A DNA stretch of 32,000 bases. It comes from Halogeometricum borinquense DSM 11551. GTDB lineage: Archaea > Halobacteriota > Halobacteria > Halobacteriales > Haloferacaceae. The notes under the pieces were generated by a model. The model made no database searches and was not told where the DNA came from. It saw only the letters and a list, made by a program, of their open reading frames with translations. The stretch lies in contig NC_014729.1 in the NCBI RefSeq assembly GCF_000172995.2, positions 930,001 through 962,000 of the forward strand, given 5' to 3'. Below are positions 17,976 to 25,261 of the stretch, piece by piece (positions within the stretch are counted from its first letter, which is position 1; each line of letters begins with the position of its first letter). The position numbers were made by a program, and so were the translations under genes.

Positions 17976-19265
17976 ATGGTATCGCTCGCGGCACTCTTAC
18001 TTATTGTCCTCCTCGCGGGGACGGAACTCCTCTTCACCGGACTGGACGTGTTGAACCTCAAACACGGGGCTCGCGCGATCCGCGAGTCGGAGTCGTGGGT
18101 TCGAGAGAGCCTCGACGTGGACGACCCAGACCGCATGCTGGCCTACCAGCGGCAGAAGACGACGCTATCCCGCATACAGTCGTGGCTGGGTGTCGTCCTC
18201 GTCCTCGCCGTCGTCGTTTCGGGTCTATTCGGTGACGTTGTCGGGATGCTCACCGAAACCGGCCGCTCGACGGTCCTACAGGGAGTTGGTCTCCTCATTG
18301 GAGCCGTAGTCCTCTCACGGCTGTTTGGCGCTCCGTTCGACCTCTACGAGACGTTCGTCGTCGAAGAGCGGTTCGGTTTCAACAACCAGACGCTCGGTCT
18401 CTGGCTCCGCGACTTCGTCATCGGACTCGTCATCTCAGTCGCTTTCTCGGCCGTTATCGGCGGCGTGGTCCTCACTGCTGTCGAACGGCTTCCGACACTG
18501 TGGCCCGTCGCCGGATGGGCTATCGTCGTCGGTTTCTCGCTCCTGATGATGGTCGTCTACCCGCGGTTCATCGCGCCGCTTTTCAACGACTTCGACCCGA
18601 TCGAATCGGGAGCGCTCCGCGACGCCGTTGACGACGTGTTCGACCGCGCCGGATTCGAATGCGAACAAGTGTACGAAATGGACGCGAGTCGGCGCTCTTC
18701 GCACTCGAACGCGTACTTCGTCGGCTTCGGCGAGACGAAGCGCGTCGTCCTGTTCGACACGCTAGTCGAGCAGATGGACCACGACTCCGTGCAGGCCGTG
18801 CTAGCGCACGAACTCGCCCACTGGAAGCGCGGGCACATCTGGAAGCAGCTCGGTGCGTCGGCGGTCCAGATGGGTGTCGTCTTCGGCTTCCTCTGGTGGG
18901 TCACGACCTCCCAGTGGGTGTACGAAGCGTTCGCGCTCCCAACCGTGACGTACGCCGCACTCGCCATCGGCCTTCTCTACGCCGGACCGATGCTGTCGCT
19001 TCTTTCACCACTCACGAATCGCCTCTCGCTCGCACACGAACGCGAAGCGGACGACTTCGCCGCACAGACGATGGGCGAATCCGAGTCGATGACGCGCGCG
19101 TTGACGACGCTGGCCGGCGAAAATCTGAGTAATCCGTTCCCGCATCCGTGGTACGCCGCGTTCCACTATTCGCACCCGCCGATTCCGGAGCGAATACGCC
19201 GGCTTAGAGATGGGACTGACGGAAGCAGCCGCGACGAATCGACGGACTCGGCGAGTAGCGTCTGA
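17976..19265 (+). CDS. M48-family zinc metalloprotease (Ste24 / CAAX-prenyl-protease-like)
   Basis: A multi-TM N-terminal half, the HELAHWKRGH zincin motif and a downstream ...HEREAD... glutamate, in 429 aa. Confidence 0.9.
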   Translation: MVSLAALLLIVLLAGTELLFTGLDVLNLKHGARAIRESESWVRESLDVDDPDRMLAYQRQKTTLSRIQSWLGVVLVLAVVVSGLFGDVVGMLTETGRSTVLQGVGLLIGAVVLSRLFGAPFDLYETFVVEERFGFNNQTLGLWLRDFVIGLVISVAFSAVIGGVVLTAVERLPTLWPVAGWAIVVGFSLLMMVVYPRFIAPLFNDFDPIESGALRDAVDDVFDRAGFECEQVYEMDASRRSSHSNAYFVGFGETKRVVLFDTLVEQMDHDSVQAVLAHELAHWKRGHIWKQLGASAVQMGVVFGFLWWVTTSQWVYEAFALPTVTYAALAIGLLYAGPMLSLLSPLTNRLSLAHEREADDFAAQTMGESESMTRALTTLAGENLSNPFPHPWYAAFHYSHPPIPERIRRLRDGTDGSSRDESTDSASSV

Positions 19266-19271
19266 GGTGGT

Positions 19272-19778
19272 TCAGCGATCAGCGTCGAGTGCGTTGGCCG
19301 CGACGTATCCGCCGTCGCGCCGCTCCGCTAAGTCCAGCAACACCGCCCAGTCGAGAATCCGCCCGACGCGTTCGGTCCACACGTCGCGCCAGTTCTCGGC
19401 CGCACGATGGTGTTCCCAGACGGGCACGCGGTCCTCGAAGCCGTCGAACACGTCTTCGATCGTCTTCGGGTCGTCGTCGAGGAGCGCAAGCACGTCCGAA
19501 GCGCCGTACACGCGTCGCTCGAAGGCGTCCGTGAGATGCGCTTCAGTCGGGTCAGTCTCTCGCCGGACGAAACTTCCATCGTCCGTCTCGTCGGCCAGTT
19601 CCATCGCCCGCAGGAAGGTGAGCCACGTCCGAGCGACGTCTCGGCTCTCGAAATCGAGACGGCGCATCAACCGGGCGCAACAGTCGTCTTCCGTACCCGG
19701 GACGAGCGGGACTGCACGCTGGGCGTCCGCCACGAAGTCGAGTTGCGCCGGAGCCTCGGGGACGAGTTTGAATTTCAC
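19272..19778 (-). CDS. Conserved hypothetical acidic protein, translationally coupled to mch
   Basis: 168 aa with coding-like acidic composition. Its start codon overlaps the mch stop by 4 nt. I recognise no motif. Confidence 0.65.
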   Translation of the reverse strand: MKFKLVPEAPAQLDFVADAQRAVPLVPGTEDDCCARLMRRLDFESRDVARTWLTFLRAMELADETDDGSFVRRETDPTEAHLTDAFERRVYGASDVLALLDDDPKTIEDVFDGFEDRVPVWEHHRAAENWRDVWTERVGRILDWAVLLDLAERRDGGYVAANALDADR

Positions 19779-20716
19779 GGTTGGATGCCGAACGACTCCG
19801 CGAGGATTTCTTCGTCCGTTTCGCCGTGGACGTACGTCGGGCCATTTACCACGTCAATGGTGACTTTCGCGGGCGCGAACACCGTCGCCGGGATGTCGTA
19901 GAAGTCCCAGTCGGCCTCCTCGAAGATCTGCTCGAACGGCGTCCCGTACTCCTCACCGGCCGTCGAGGGTACCTCGTCGAAATCGTCAAAGTCCTCGGTG
20001 ACGGTGAGATGGACCTCGCCGCCGTACGCGAGCGCGTCGTTCGTCCGACCCATCGCCACGCCTTCGTCGTAACTGACGGGAGCAACAGGGGCAGCGCCGA
20101 ACGCAGAGAGAATCTTTCGTGGGTCGTAGCCGAGTTCGAAGAGGCGGAAGACCGCAAGTTCGGCCGCTCGTGCGGCCGCCGTCACGCTTCCGACTGTCGA
20201 ACCAGTGGCGTACGTCGGCAGGAAGACACCGCTGGGTTCGACGCCCGCCGTCTCGGCGACGTGTTCTGCCACTTCGTCGTCCGGCAGTTCGATGCTTTCG
20301 ACGCCGAGGACGGTCAGGTCGAACTCGTCGAAGTACTCCACTTGGTGGAACTCGTCCTCCTCGGCGACGAGAGCGCGGGCGGGACCCGACCCGAGTCCTT
20401 CGAATCCGGACTCGAAGGCGAGTTCCCAGCCGGCTTTCTGCGAACAGAGGAGCGCAAGCGCGGGATGGTCGGTCTGAACTTCGATGTAGGGGCGAGGCGC
20501 ACCGGCAACATCTCCCATCTGCGATTGAATCGTGGCGAGACCCGCCGTCTCTATCTCCGAGAGGAGGAGTCCGGCTTCGATGCCGCCCTCAGCATTGACG
20601 CCGAAATCGAGGACTGTCGCCCCTGTATCCAGTTCGTATACGTCTACCCGAAGTTCGTCGGCGAAGTCGATGGCCTCGTCTACGAGTTCGATGGCCATGC
20701 GATTGATAGAGTCCAT
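19775..20716 (-). CDS. mch: Methenyltetrahydromethanopterin (or -folate) cyclohydrolase
   Basis: MDSINRMAIELVDEAIDFADELRV...LDFGVNAEGGIEAGLLLSEI...CSQKAGWEL...GSGPARAL shows the typical Mch sequence pattern over 313 aa. Confidence 0.93.
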   Translation of the reverse strand: MDSINRMAIELVDEAIDFADELRVDVYELDTGATVLDFGVNAEGGIEAGLLLSEIETAGLATIQSQMGDVAGAPRPYIEVQTDHPALALLCSQKAGWELAFESGFEGLGSGPARALVAEEDEFHQVEYFDEFDLTVLGVESIELPDDEVAEHVAETAGVEPSGVFLPTYATGSTVGSVTAAARAAELAVFRLFELGYDPRKILSAFGAAPVAPVSYDEGVAMGRTNDALAYGGEVHLTVTEDFDDFDEVPSTAGEEYGTPFEQIFEEADWDFYDIPATVFAPAKVTIDVVNGPTYVHGETDEEILAESFGIQP

Positions 20717-20778
20717 AGACGCGGATTAGTCGTCACCTCGTAAAGACGTTGGTAGTCCGAAAGCGTCTCGACTGTCTC

Positions 20779-21096
20779 TCACTCCTCGCGTATTCGCTTG
20801 GCCTCGTGTCCGAGGTGTTCTTCCACTGCGTCCACTTTGTCCTGCGCGCGTTGGTCGGTGGTGCGCTTATCGTCAACCTTGAGGAATGTACTCACCCGGT
20901 CGCCTTCGACGGCTTTGTGCGCTGCGCCGACGGCGTCTAACAGGGTGTCGATGTCGTCCGCTTCGATCACCGTCCCCATCGGATTCGTCTCGTAAGCCAC
21001 GTCGAAGTCGTCCAAGGCGGCGACGGCCTTGGCGACTTCGCCGGACATGCTGTCTTCGATAACGGGGGCGACGCTCAGCATTGCGATGACGGTCAT
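20779..21096 (-). CDS. MTH1187/YkoF-family (DUF77) thiamine-binding-like protein
   Basis: MTVIAMLSVAPV...SGEVAKAVAAL...VAYETNPMGTVIEAD...HKA... has the characteristic ferredoxin-like repeat pattern of the MTH1187 family. Start at the second Met. Confidence 0.8.
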   Translation of the reverse strand: MTVIAMLSVAPVIEDSMSGEVAKAVAALDDFDVAYETNPMGTVIEADDIDTLLDAVGAAHKAVEGDRVSTFLKVDDKRTTDQRAQDKVDAVEEHLGHEAKRIREE

Positions 21097-21212
21097 ATGA
21101 GCGCTGTCGCACGCACGGGTCAAAATGGTAGCTGTCGGTTGGCGGAATCGATCCGCTCGACGGAAGGCGGCTGAGGCGGGTGTTTTTCTCAGCCGCTTTC
21201 GTATCCGTTGCT

Positions 21213-22280
21213 ATGACCGTGCTGTCGTTATCCGAGATGCCGCGTGTCGAACGAGGCGTTTCTCTCCTCCGGGCACTCGTCCACGAGATTCGGACCGAGA
21301 AGCTCACGTTCATGGCCGGAAGCATCGCCTATCACGCGTTCGTCTCGCTTTTACCTCTCTTTTTGCTCCTCCTCGCTATCGCTGCAACCTTCCAGAATCA
21401 GACCTTAGACGACAGCGTTCGAACCTTGGCGGGCGTCGTCCTCACAGAGGGGACGCGCGATGACTTCTTTGCGGAGGCGACGCGAGCCACACAATCGACC
21501 GGCGTGTCGTTATTCGGCGGTGCCGTTCTCCTGTGGGGGACGCTTCGTATCTTCCGCGGTCTCGACACGGCCTTTTCCGACATCTACGAGTCAGAGGCGT
21601 CGAACACGTTCGGTGATCAGATCAGAGACGGTATCCTCGTGCTCCTCACCTTGGCTATCGTCCTCGTCATCGGATCCGTCGTCAACGACGCCGTCGGTAC
21701 CGTCTCCTCCGGTACGGTCGCATGGTTGATCGGACGACTGTTCTTGATTCTCGGTCTCTCTCTCGCACTCTACCCCATGTACTACGTCTTTCCCGACACC
21801 GACGTTAGCCTCCTCGAAGTCGTTCCCGGAACGCTCACGGCCGCTGTCGGTCTCACCGTCTTCGAGTCGCTGTTTCAACTGTACACCGCCGTGTCAAACA
21901 CGGCTCCGAACAGTAGCGTCGTCGCCGGCATCTTGGTCCTCCTGACGTGGCTCTACTTCAGCGGCCTCGTCATCCTTCTCGGTGCGGCCGTCAACGCCGT
22001 CCTCTCGAATCGCAGCCGTGACGTGAACGTCGAACCCGTCTTCGGCGGTATTCCGCCCGAGGCGAAGCGTCATGACGGTGTCTCCCGAACAGAACTTGTC
22101 GCTACCGTCGAACGTCTCGATAAGACCCTCTACGATGCCGAGAACGTGGTTGTCACCGTTGACGGCGAGGAAATTCCGATTCCGTCCCCGGACCGCGTCG
22201 TCTCCGATACCGAATCGCTTCGGTTCCTTCCCGGTGGTGCCGTCAGCGTCGAACTTCGGTGGTCACCCCGTGATAAGTGA
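21213..22280 (+). CDS. YihY/BrkB-family membrane protein
   Basis: LTFMAGSIAYHAFVSLLPLFLLLL is the family's hallmark N-terminal motif. About 6 TM segments follow, then a soluble C-terminal tail. Confidence 0.85.
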   Translation: MTVLSLSEMPRVERGVSLLRALVHEIRTEKLTFMAGSIAYHAFVSLLPLFLLLLAIAATFQNQTLDDSVRTLAGVVLTEGTRDDFFAEATRATQSTGVSLFGGAVLLWGTLRIFRGLDTAFSDIYESEASNTFGDQIRDGILVLLTLAIVLVIGSVVNDAVGTVSSGTVAWLIGRLFLILGLSLALYPMYYVFPDTDVSLLEVVPGTLTAAVGLTVFESLFQLYTAVSNTAPNSSVVAGILVLLTWLYFSGLVILLGAAVNAVLSNRSRDVNVEPVFGGIPPEAKRHDGVSRTELVATVERLDKTLYDAENVVVTVDGEEIPIPSPDRVVSDTESLRFLPGGAVSVELRWSPRDK

Positions 22281-22418
22281 CTGAACTGTCGGATCACGGC
22301 GCGGCGTGGACCGACCGCAAGACCACGTTCACCTCCCCCGGAGCCGACGCCACGACGAACGACTTTTTCTCCCGAGCGCCGAACGGCCTGTATGTATCTC
22401 TCTCACCCCGTTCGTCGG

Positions 22419-22661
22419 ATGCGCAAGCAACCCTTCGAAGACGAAACAGCGACGCTCGTCGTCGAACTCGACGAGGCTGATCAGTCTGACCTCGATGCCG
22501 CACTGGATGCCGCCGACGGCAGTCTCGAACGCGAACTCCAACTGGGGTCGCTGTTGGTCACGATGCCGGAGACGAGCGTAGACGAGTTCTGTTCGATGGA
22601 CGGACTGGCGCGTGTGGAGACGGCTGACACGCTGGGCTTAGCGATCGACGACGGGGAGTAA
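22419..22661 (+). CDS. Small acidic hypothetical protein (80 aa)
   Basis: MRKQPFEDETATLVVELDEADQSDLDAALDAADGSLERELQLGSLLVTMPETSVDEFCSMDGLARVETADTLGLAIDDGE. Its alternating pattern loosely recalls alpha/beta propeptide-like folds. No secure family call. Confidence 0.45.
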   Translation: MRKQPFEDETATLVVELDEADQSDLDAALDAADGSLERELQLGSLLVTMPETSVDEFCSMDGLARVETADTLGLAIDDGE

Positions 22662-22764
22662 CCGAAACGCTCTCAGACCTCCCGACTGCCGTGCTCGCCA
22701 GCTAACCGCGTCGCCAATCGGTCAACGAACCGCTCCTCTCAGCAGTTGTCGTGATGGCTACGCG

Positions 22765-23955
22765 TCAGTCGTCGGTATTCGCCCGACCTGTCTCGTCGTC
22801 ACGTACCTGCCCCAGCATCTCGTGCATTCCGATCACGAACGCGGGGATGACGACCATGAACAGATGTTCTTCGAGCGGGATACCGAACAGTTCGATGCTG
22901 GTTCGGAGCGGGATGGCGAAGACACCCACTTCGAGCGTGTACCAGTCCCAGAGATACGCGACCGGATAGATGGCAGCGATGGTTACCGCCGCGCGTCGGA
23001 CGGCGTTCGCACGGAGCAAGAGTGCCAGTGCGATTGCGCCGAACAGCACCTCTGTGGCAAGATAGGTGTACCTGCCGAGAACACCGATATCCGGGAGCGA
23101 AAGCCCAGTCAACGGTCGAAACCAGACAGCGAGTACCAACAGCGCGAGGAAGACGTACGTGCCGCGGACGAGAAGCATCGTCGCTAGCTTTGGCCCGGCA
23201 CGGCGAGTGACGAGGGCGACCAGTCCGAACGCGAGCGCGGCGACAACCGCAAACGGCGGGAAGAGGCCGTCGACAGTCAAGAGGAGGACGGCAATCAGCC
23301 CAGCCCAAAACAGACTGTGAGCGAACCGGCGGGCGCGGCGGGGGCCGAGGACGACAGCGACAGTCCGTTTGTCGATACTGGCATCGTAGTCGTAATCTTT
23401 CGCGTCGTCGATTACCTTCACACCCGTCAGGAGGACGAGAAAGACGGACGCAAACGCAAGTGGTTCCGGCGATAGCGCGCCAGTCTGGACGTAGTAGCCG
23501 CCGGCAATGGCGAGCGCGATACCGACCGGATAGCCGACGGTGGCGGTGACAGGGTTCATGTCCAGTTGCGGGGCGTGTAAGAAGCCAATGACCCACGTTG
23601 GGAGGGTCACGACGGCGGCACCGATCCCGACGGCCGCCCAGAGATAGCCGAGACAGCAGAGGAACCCGACAGCGGCACCGACAAGTCCCAAAACGCATCC
23701 CCGTTTCGTCATCGGATGGTCGTCGTCCTCGCCGCGCACGTAGAAATCGACGAGTCCATCTTTGACGTGTGCGGTGTAAACCGCGAAAAACATCGCCAGT
23801 ACGTGGACGAACGCGGGACCGAACGAGATATCGCCCGCTAGAGCGGCACCGAACAGCGACGACGCTAACGGTGGCAGCATGAACACTGGATGTACCTGCG
23901 ATGCCAACGCCTTCGCCGCGTTCGTCGCCCCCGTCCCGTGACGCGAGATGGCCAT
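22765..23955 (-). CDS. Fusion protein: UbiA-family prenyltransferase (N) + lycopene-cyclase domain (C)
   Basis: UbiA Asp-rich motifs HVKDGLVD and KVIDDAKDYDYD sit in a roughly 290-aa multi-TM region. The C-terminal roughly 100 aa (YLWDWYTLEVGVFAIPL...LFGIPLEEHLFMVVIP) match the lycopene-cyclase-domain signature (PLEE). Start at 23955, with a TATA-like cttatgg about 30 nt upstream. The ORF-track extension to 24213 runs antisense through a tRNA. Confidence 0.8.
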   Translation of the reverse strand: MAISRHGTGATNAAKALASQVHPVFMLPPLASSLFGAALAGDISFGPAFVHVLAMFFAVYTAHVKDGLVDFYVRGEDDDHPMTKRGCVLGLVGAAVGFLCCLGYLWAAVGIGAAVVTLPTWVIGFLHAPQLDMNPVTATVGYPVGIALAIAGGYYVQTGALSPEPLAFASVFLVLLTGVKVIDDAKDYDYDASIDKRTVAVVLGPRRARRFAHSLFWAGLIAVLLLTVDGLFPPFAVVAALAFGLVALVTRRAGPKLATMLLVRGTYVFLALLVLAVWFRPLTGLSLPDIGVLGRYTYLATEVLFGAIALALLLRANAVRRAAVTIAAIYPVAYLWDWYTLEVGVFAIPLRTSIELFGIPLEEHLFMVVIPAFVIGMHEMLGQVRDDETGRANTDD

Positions 23956-24133
23956 ACGTACCCGTCGGGCGGACTCTCCATAAGCGCGGTTGCCGATACC
24001 ATCCCCCAAAGAAACGCGGCGCGGCAACAGCCCGTGATTCTCTGTCACGCCAGAATTCGAGCCACGGCCGTTCCGCTCATCACCATACGGAAAGCCACCA
24101 CACGGAAAGTCACGAGTACCGCGATGCGATGAG

Positions 24134-24238
24134 ACGCACCGCTGGAAGGTGTGAGTATCAGAGAAGTGCGCTGGCTGGGATTTGAACCCAGGTTGTGACC
24201 ATGGCAAGGTCACGTGATACCACTACACTACCAGCGCA
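24134..24238. repeat. Copy 1 of a perfect 105-nt direct repeat (tRNA-Gly plus 33-nt 3' trailer)
   Basis: Identical base for base to 24928..25032 (offset 794 nt). Identity breaks at 24133 and 24239. Confidence 0.95.
24167..24237 (-). tRNA. tRNA-Gly (anticodon GCC), copy 1
   Basis: Reverse strand reads GCGCUGG-UA-GUGU-AGUGGUA-UCAC-G-UGACC-UUGCCAU-GGUCA-CAAC-CUGGG-UUCAAAU-CCCAG-CCAGCGC-A. That is a 71-nt clean cloverleaf with no encoded CCA and no intron. Confidence 0.93.
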
Positions 24239-24369
24239 TCACGGCGCGTCCGTCGTCGGACTCGCGTTACTTGATTCGAAGCGTCGCCGGTACAAATAAC
24301 ACACGACTTCGGATGCCACGCGTGCGTGCGAAGAAACAATTAATTGCACTGTGAAATTGACGACCCTCG

Positions 24370-24801
24370 CTATGCTTCTACCACGATATCAGCGATCATC
24401 CCGACTGATTTGTGTGGCTCACACCAGTAGTGGTACTCTCCCGGAACGTCGAACGTGTGTTCGTAGGTGTACCCCTCGTCGTAGAGTTCGCTTTCGTCGC
24501 CGGGCGTACCCTCCCAATTGGCTCCTTCGGGCTGGTTTCCCACGACGATGTTGTGATTGTCGGACTCCCAGACGAACGTCACTTCCGTGCCAGCGGTGAT
24601 CGTGAGTGGTTCGTCGGTTCCGGGGGTAAAGACGAACTCTCCGTCAGGGCCGACGCTAACGGTCGCGGTGGGAGTTTCCCCATCGGTTTCTGTTGTTCCC
24701 GAGTTCGCTTCTGGTGCTCCCGAACATCCACTGAGACCGACAAGTCCGACAGCCGCAAGTGCACTACGGGAGAGATACGCCCGACGCGAGACCTGAGACA
24801 T
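24370..24801 (-). CDS. Halocyanin (type-1 blue copper protein), Tat-lipoprotein
   Basis: The SRRAYLS twin-arginine signal, the LSGC lipobox, a Thr/Glu-rich linker and the cupredoxin C-terminus YHYWCEPHKSVGM (Cys-x2-His-x4-Met copper ligands). Confidence 0.9.
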   Translation of the reverse strand: MSQVSRRAYLSRSALAAVGLVGLSGCSGAPEANSGTTETDGETPTATVSVGPDGEFVFTPGTDEPLTITAGTEVTFVWESDNHNIVVGNQPEGANWEGTPGDESELYDEGYTYEHTFDVPGEYHYWCEPHKSVGMIADIVVEA

Positions 24802-24900
24802 CTCAGTCGTGACTACGTCCGGAAATCAGATGAGGGTTTGGTATTCAATGACACACCAGTGTCAGAAACCGGTCGTGAGCACGGAGAGCCATCACAGAAC

Positions 24901-24930
24901 ACAGAGAAAACGGTTCCCCGAGGGGAAACG
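24901..24930 (-). terminator. Terminator-like hairpin plus U-tract downstream of tRNA-Gly copy 2
   Basis: The reverse strand reads CGUUUCCCC-UC-GGGGAACCG (9-bp stem, one mismatch), immediately followed by UUUUCUCUGU. Confidence 0.4.
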
Positions 24931-25032
24931 CACCGCTGGAAGGTGTGAGTATCAGAGAAGTGCGCTGGCTGGGATTTGAACCCAGGTTGTGACCATGGCA
25001 AGGTCACGTGATACCACTACACTACCAGCGCA
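24928..25032. repeat. Copy 2 of the perfect 105-nt direct repeat (tRNA-Gly plus 33-nt 3' trailer)
   Basis: Identical to 24134..24238. Confidence 0.95.
24961..25031 (-). tRNA. tRNA-Gly (anticodon GCC), copy 2
   Basis: Same 71-nt sequence as copy 1. Confidence 0.93.
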
Positions 25033-25070
25033 CAGTGGCGTATCGCTGCACATCAAGGTAGTGCGAGGTT

Positions 25071-25080
25071 GATAAATAAG
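25071..25080 (-). promoter_or_regulatory. Putative TATA box for tRNA-Gly copy 2 (reverse strand cttatttatc)
   Basis: AT-rich element centred about 44 nt upstream of the mature tRNA 5' end, consistent with a short leader. Confidence 0.4.
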
Positions 25081-25261
25081 GCTTGCGAATCGGGGTGAAA
25101 ACAACGTGTGTCGTGTGCCCGACTCGCGTGGTTTCAGAAGTGCCGAATCTCCCGTTGGCGTGGGTGTTACGACCTCACAACGTCCGAACTTATTCGCTAC
25201 CCTTTTACGGGGGGATCCGGTACAAGCGGTACAGTCTAGACGTGACGATGAAGGGCTCGGT

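Noticed and set aside
21140-21200. The reverse strand reads GGCUGAGAAAAACACCCG, similar to the GCUGAGA...ACCC core of the TPP riboswitch. It lies upstream of a YkoF/MTH1187 (thiamine-binding family) gene.
   Set aside because: The GGGGUGC/P3 part and the CCUGAUCUGG...GCCAGCG pyrophosphate-sensor helix are missing. The CUGAGA is sequestered in a simple hairpin instead. The element also probably lies upstream of the likely promoter for that gene. An Infernal scan with the Rfam TPP riboswitch model would settle it.
24826-24900. Box C/D sRNA-like elements on the reverse strand (GUGAUGG ... CUGA ... CUGA, with a 12-nt spacer before the last CUGA).
   Set aside because: The C box is imperfect, the C-to-D' spacing is about 23 nt rather than about 12, and there is no convincing C' box or terminal stem. 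The region is the halocyanin promoter and leader.
22765-25007. ORF-track N-terminal sequence MTLPWSQPGFKSQPAHFSDTHTFQRCVS, seen twice (the start of the 482-aa ORF and the 64-aa ORF 24813-25007). It could be read as a duplicated protein-coding module.
   Set aside because: Both are antisense translations of the duplicated tRNA-Gly and its trailer. The real downstream gene starts at 23955.
24134-25032. Interpreting the tRNA-flanked halocyanin segment as a classical integrated mobile element or provirus.
   Set aside because: There is no integrase, no other mobile-element gene, and only about 690 bp between the repeats. The repeat also covers the whole tRNA rather than a 3' att fragment. It is kept only as a duplication or cassette observation.
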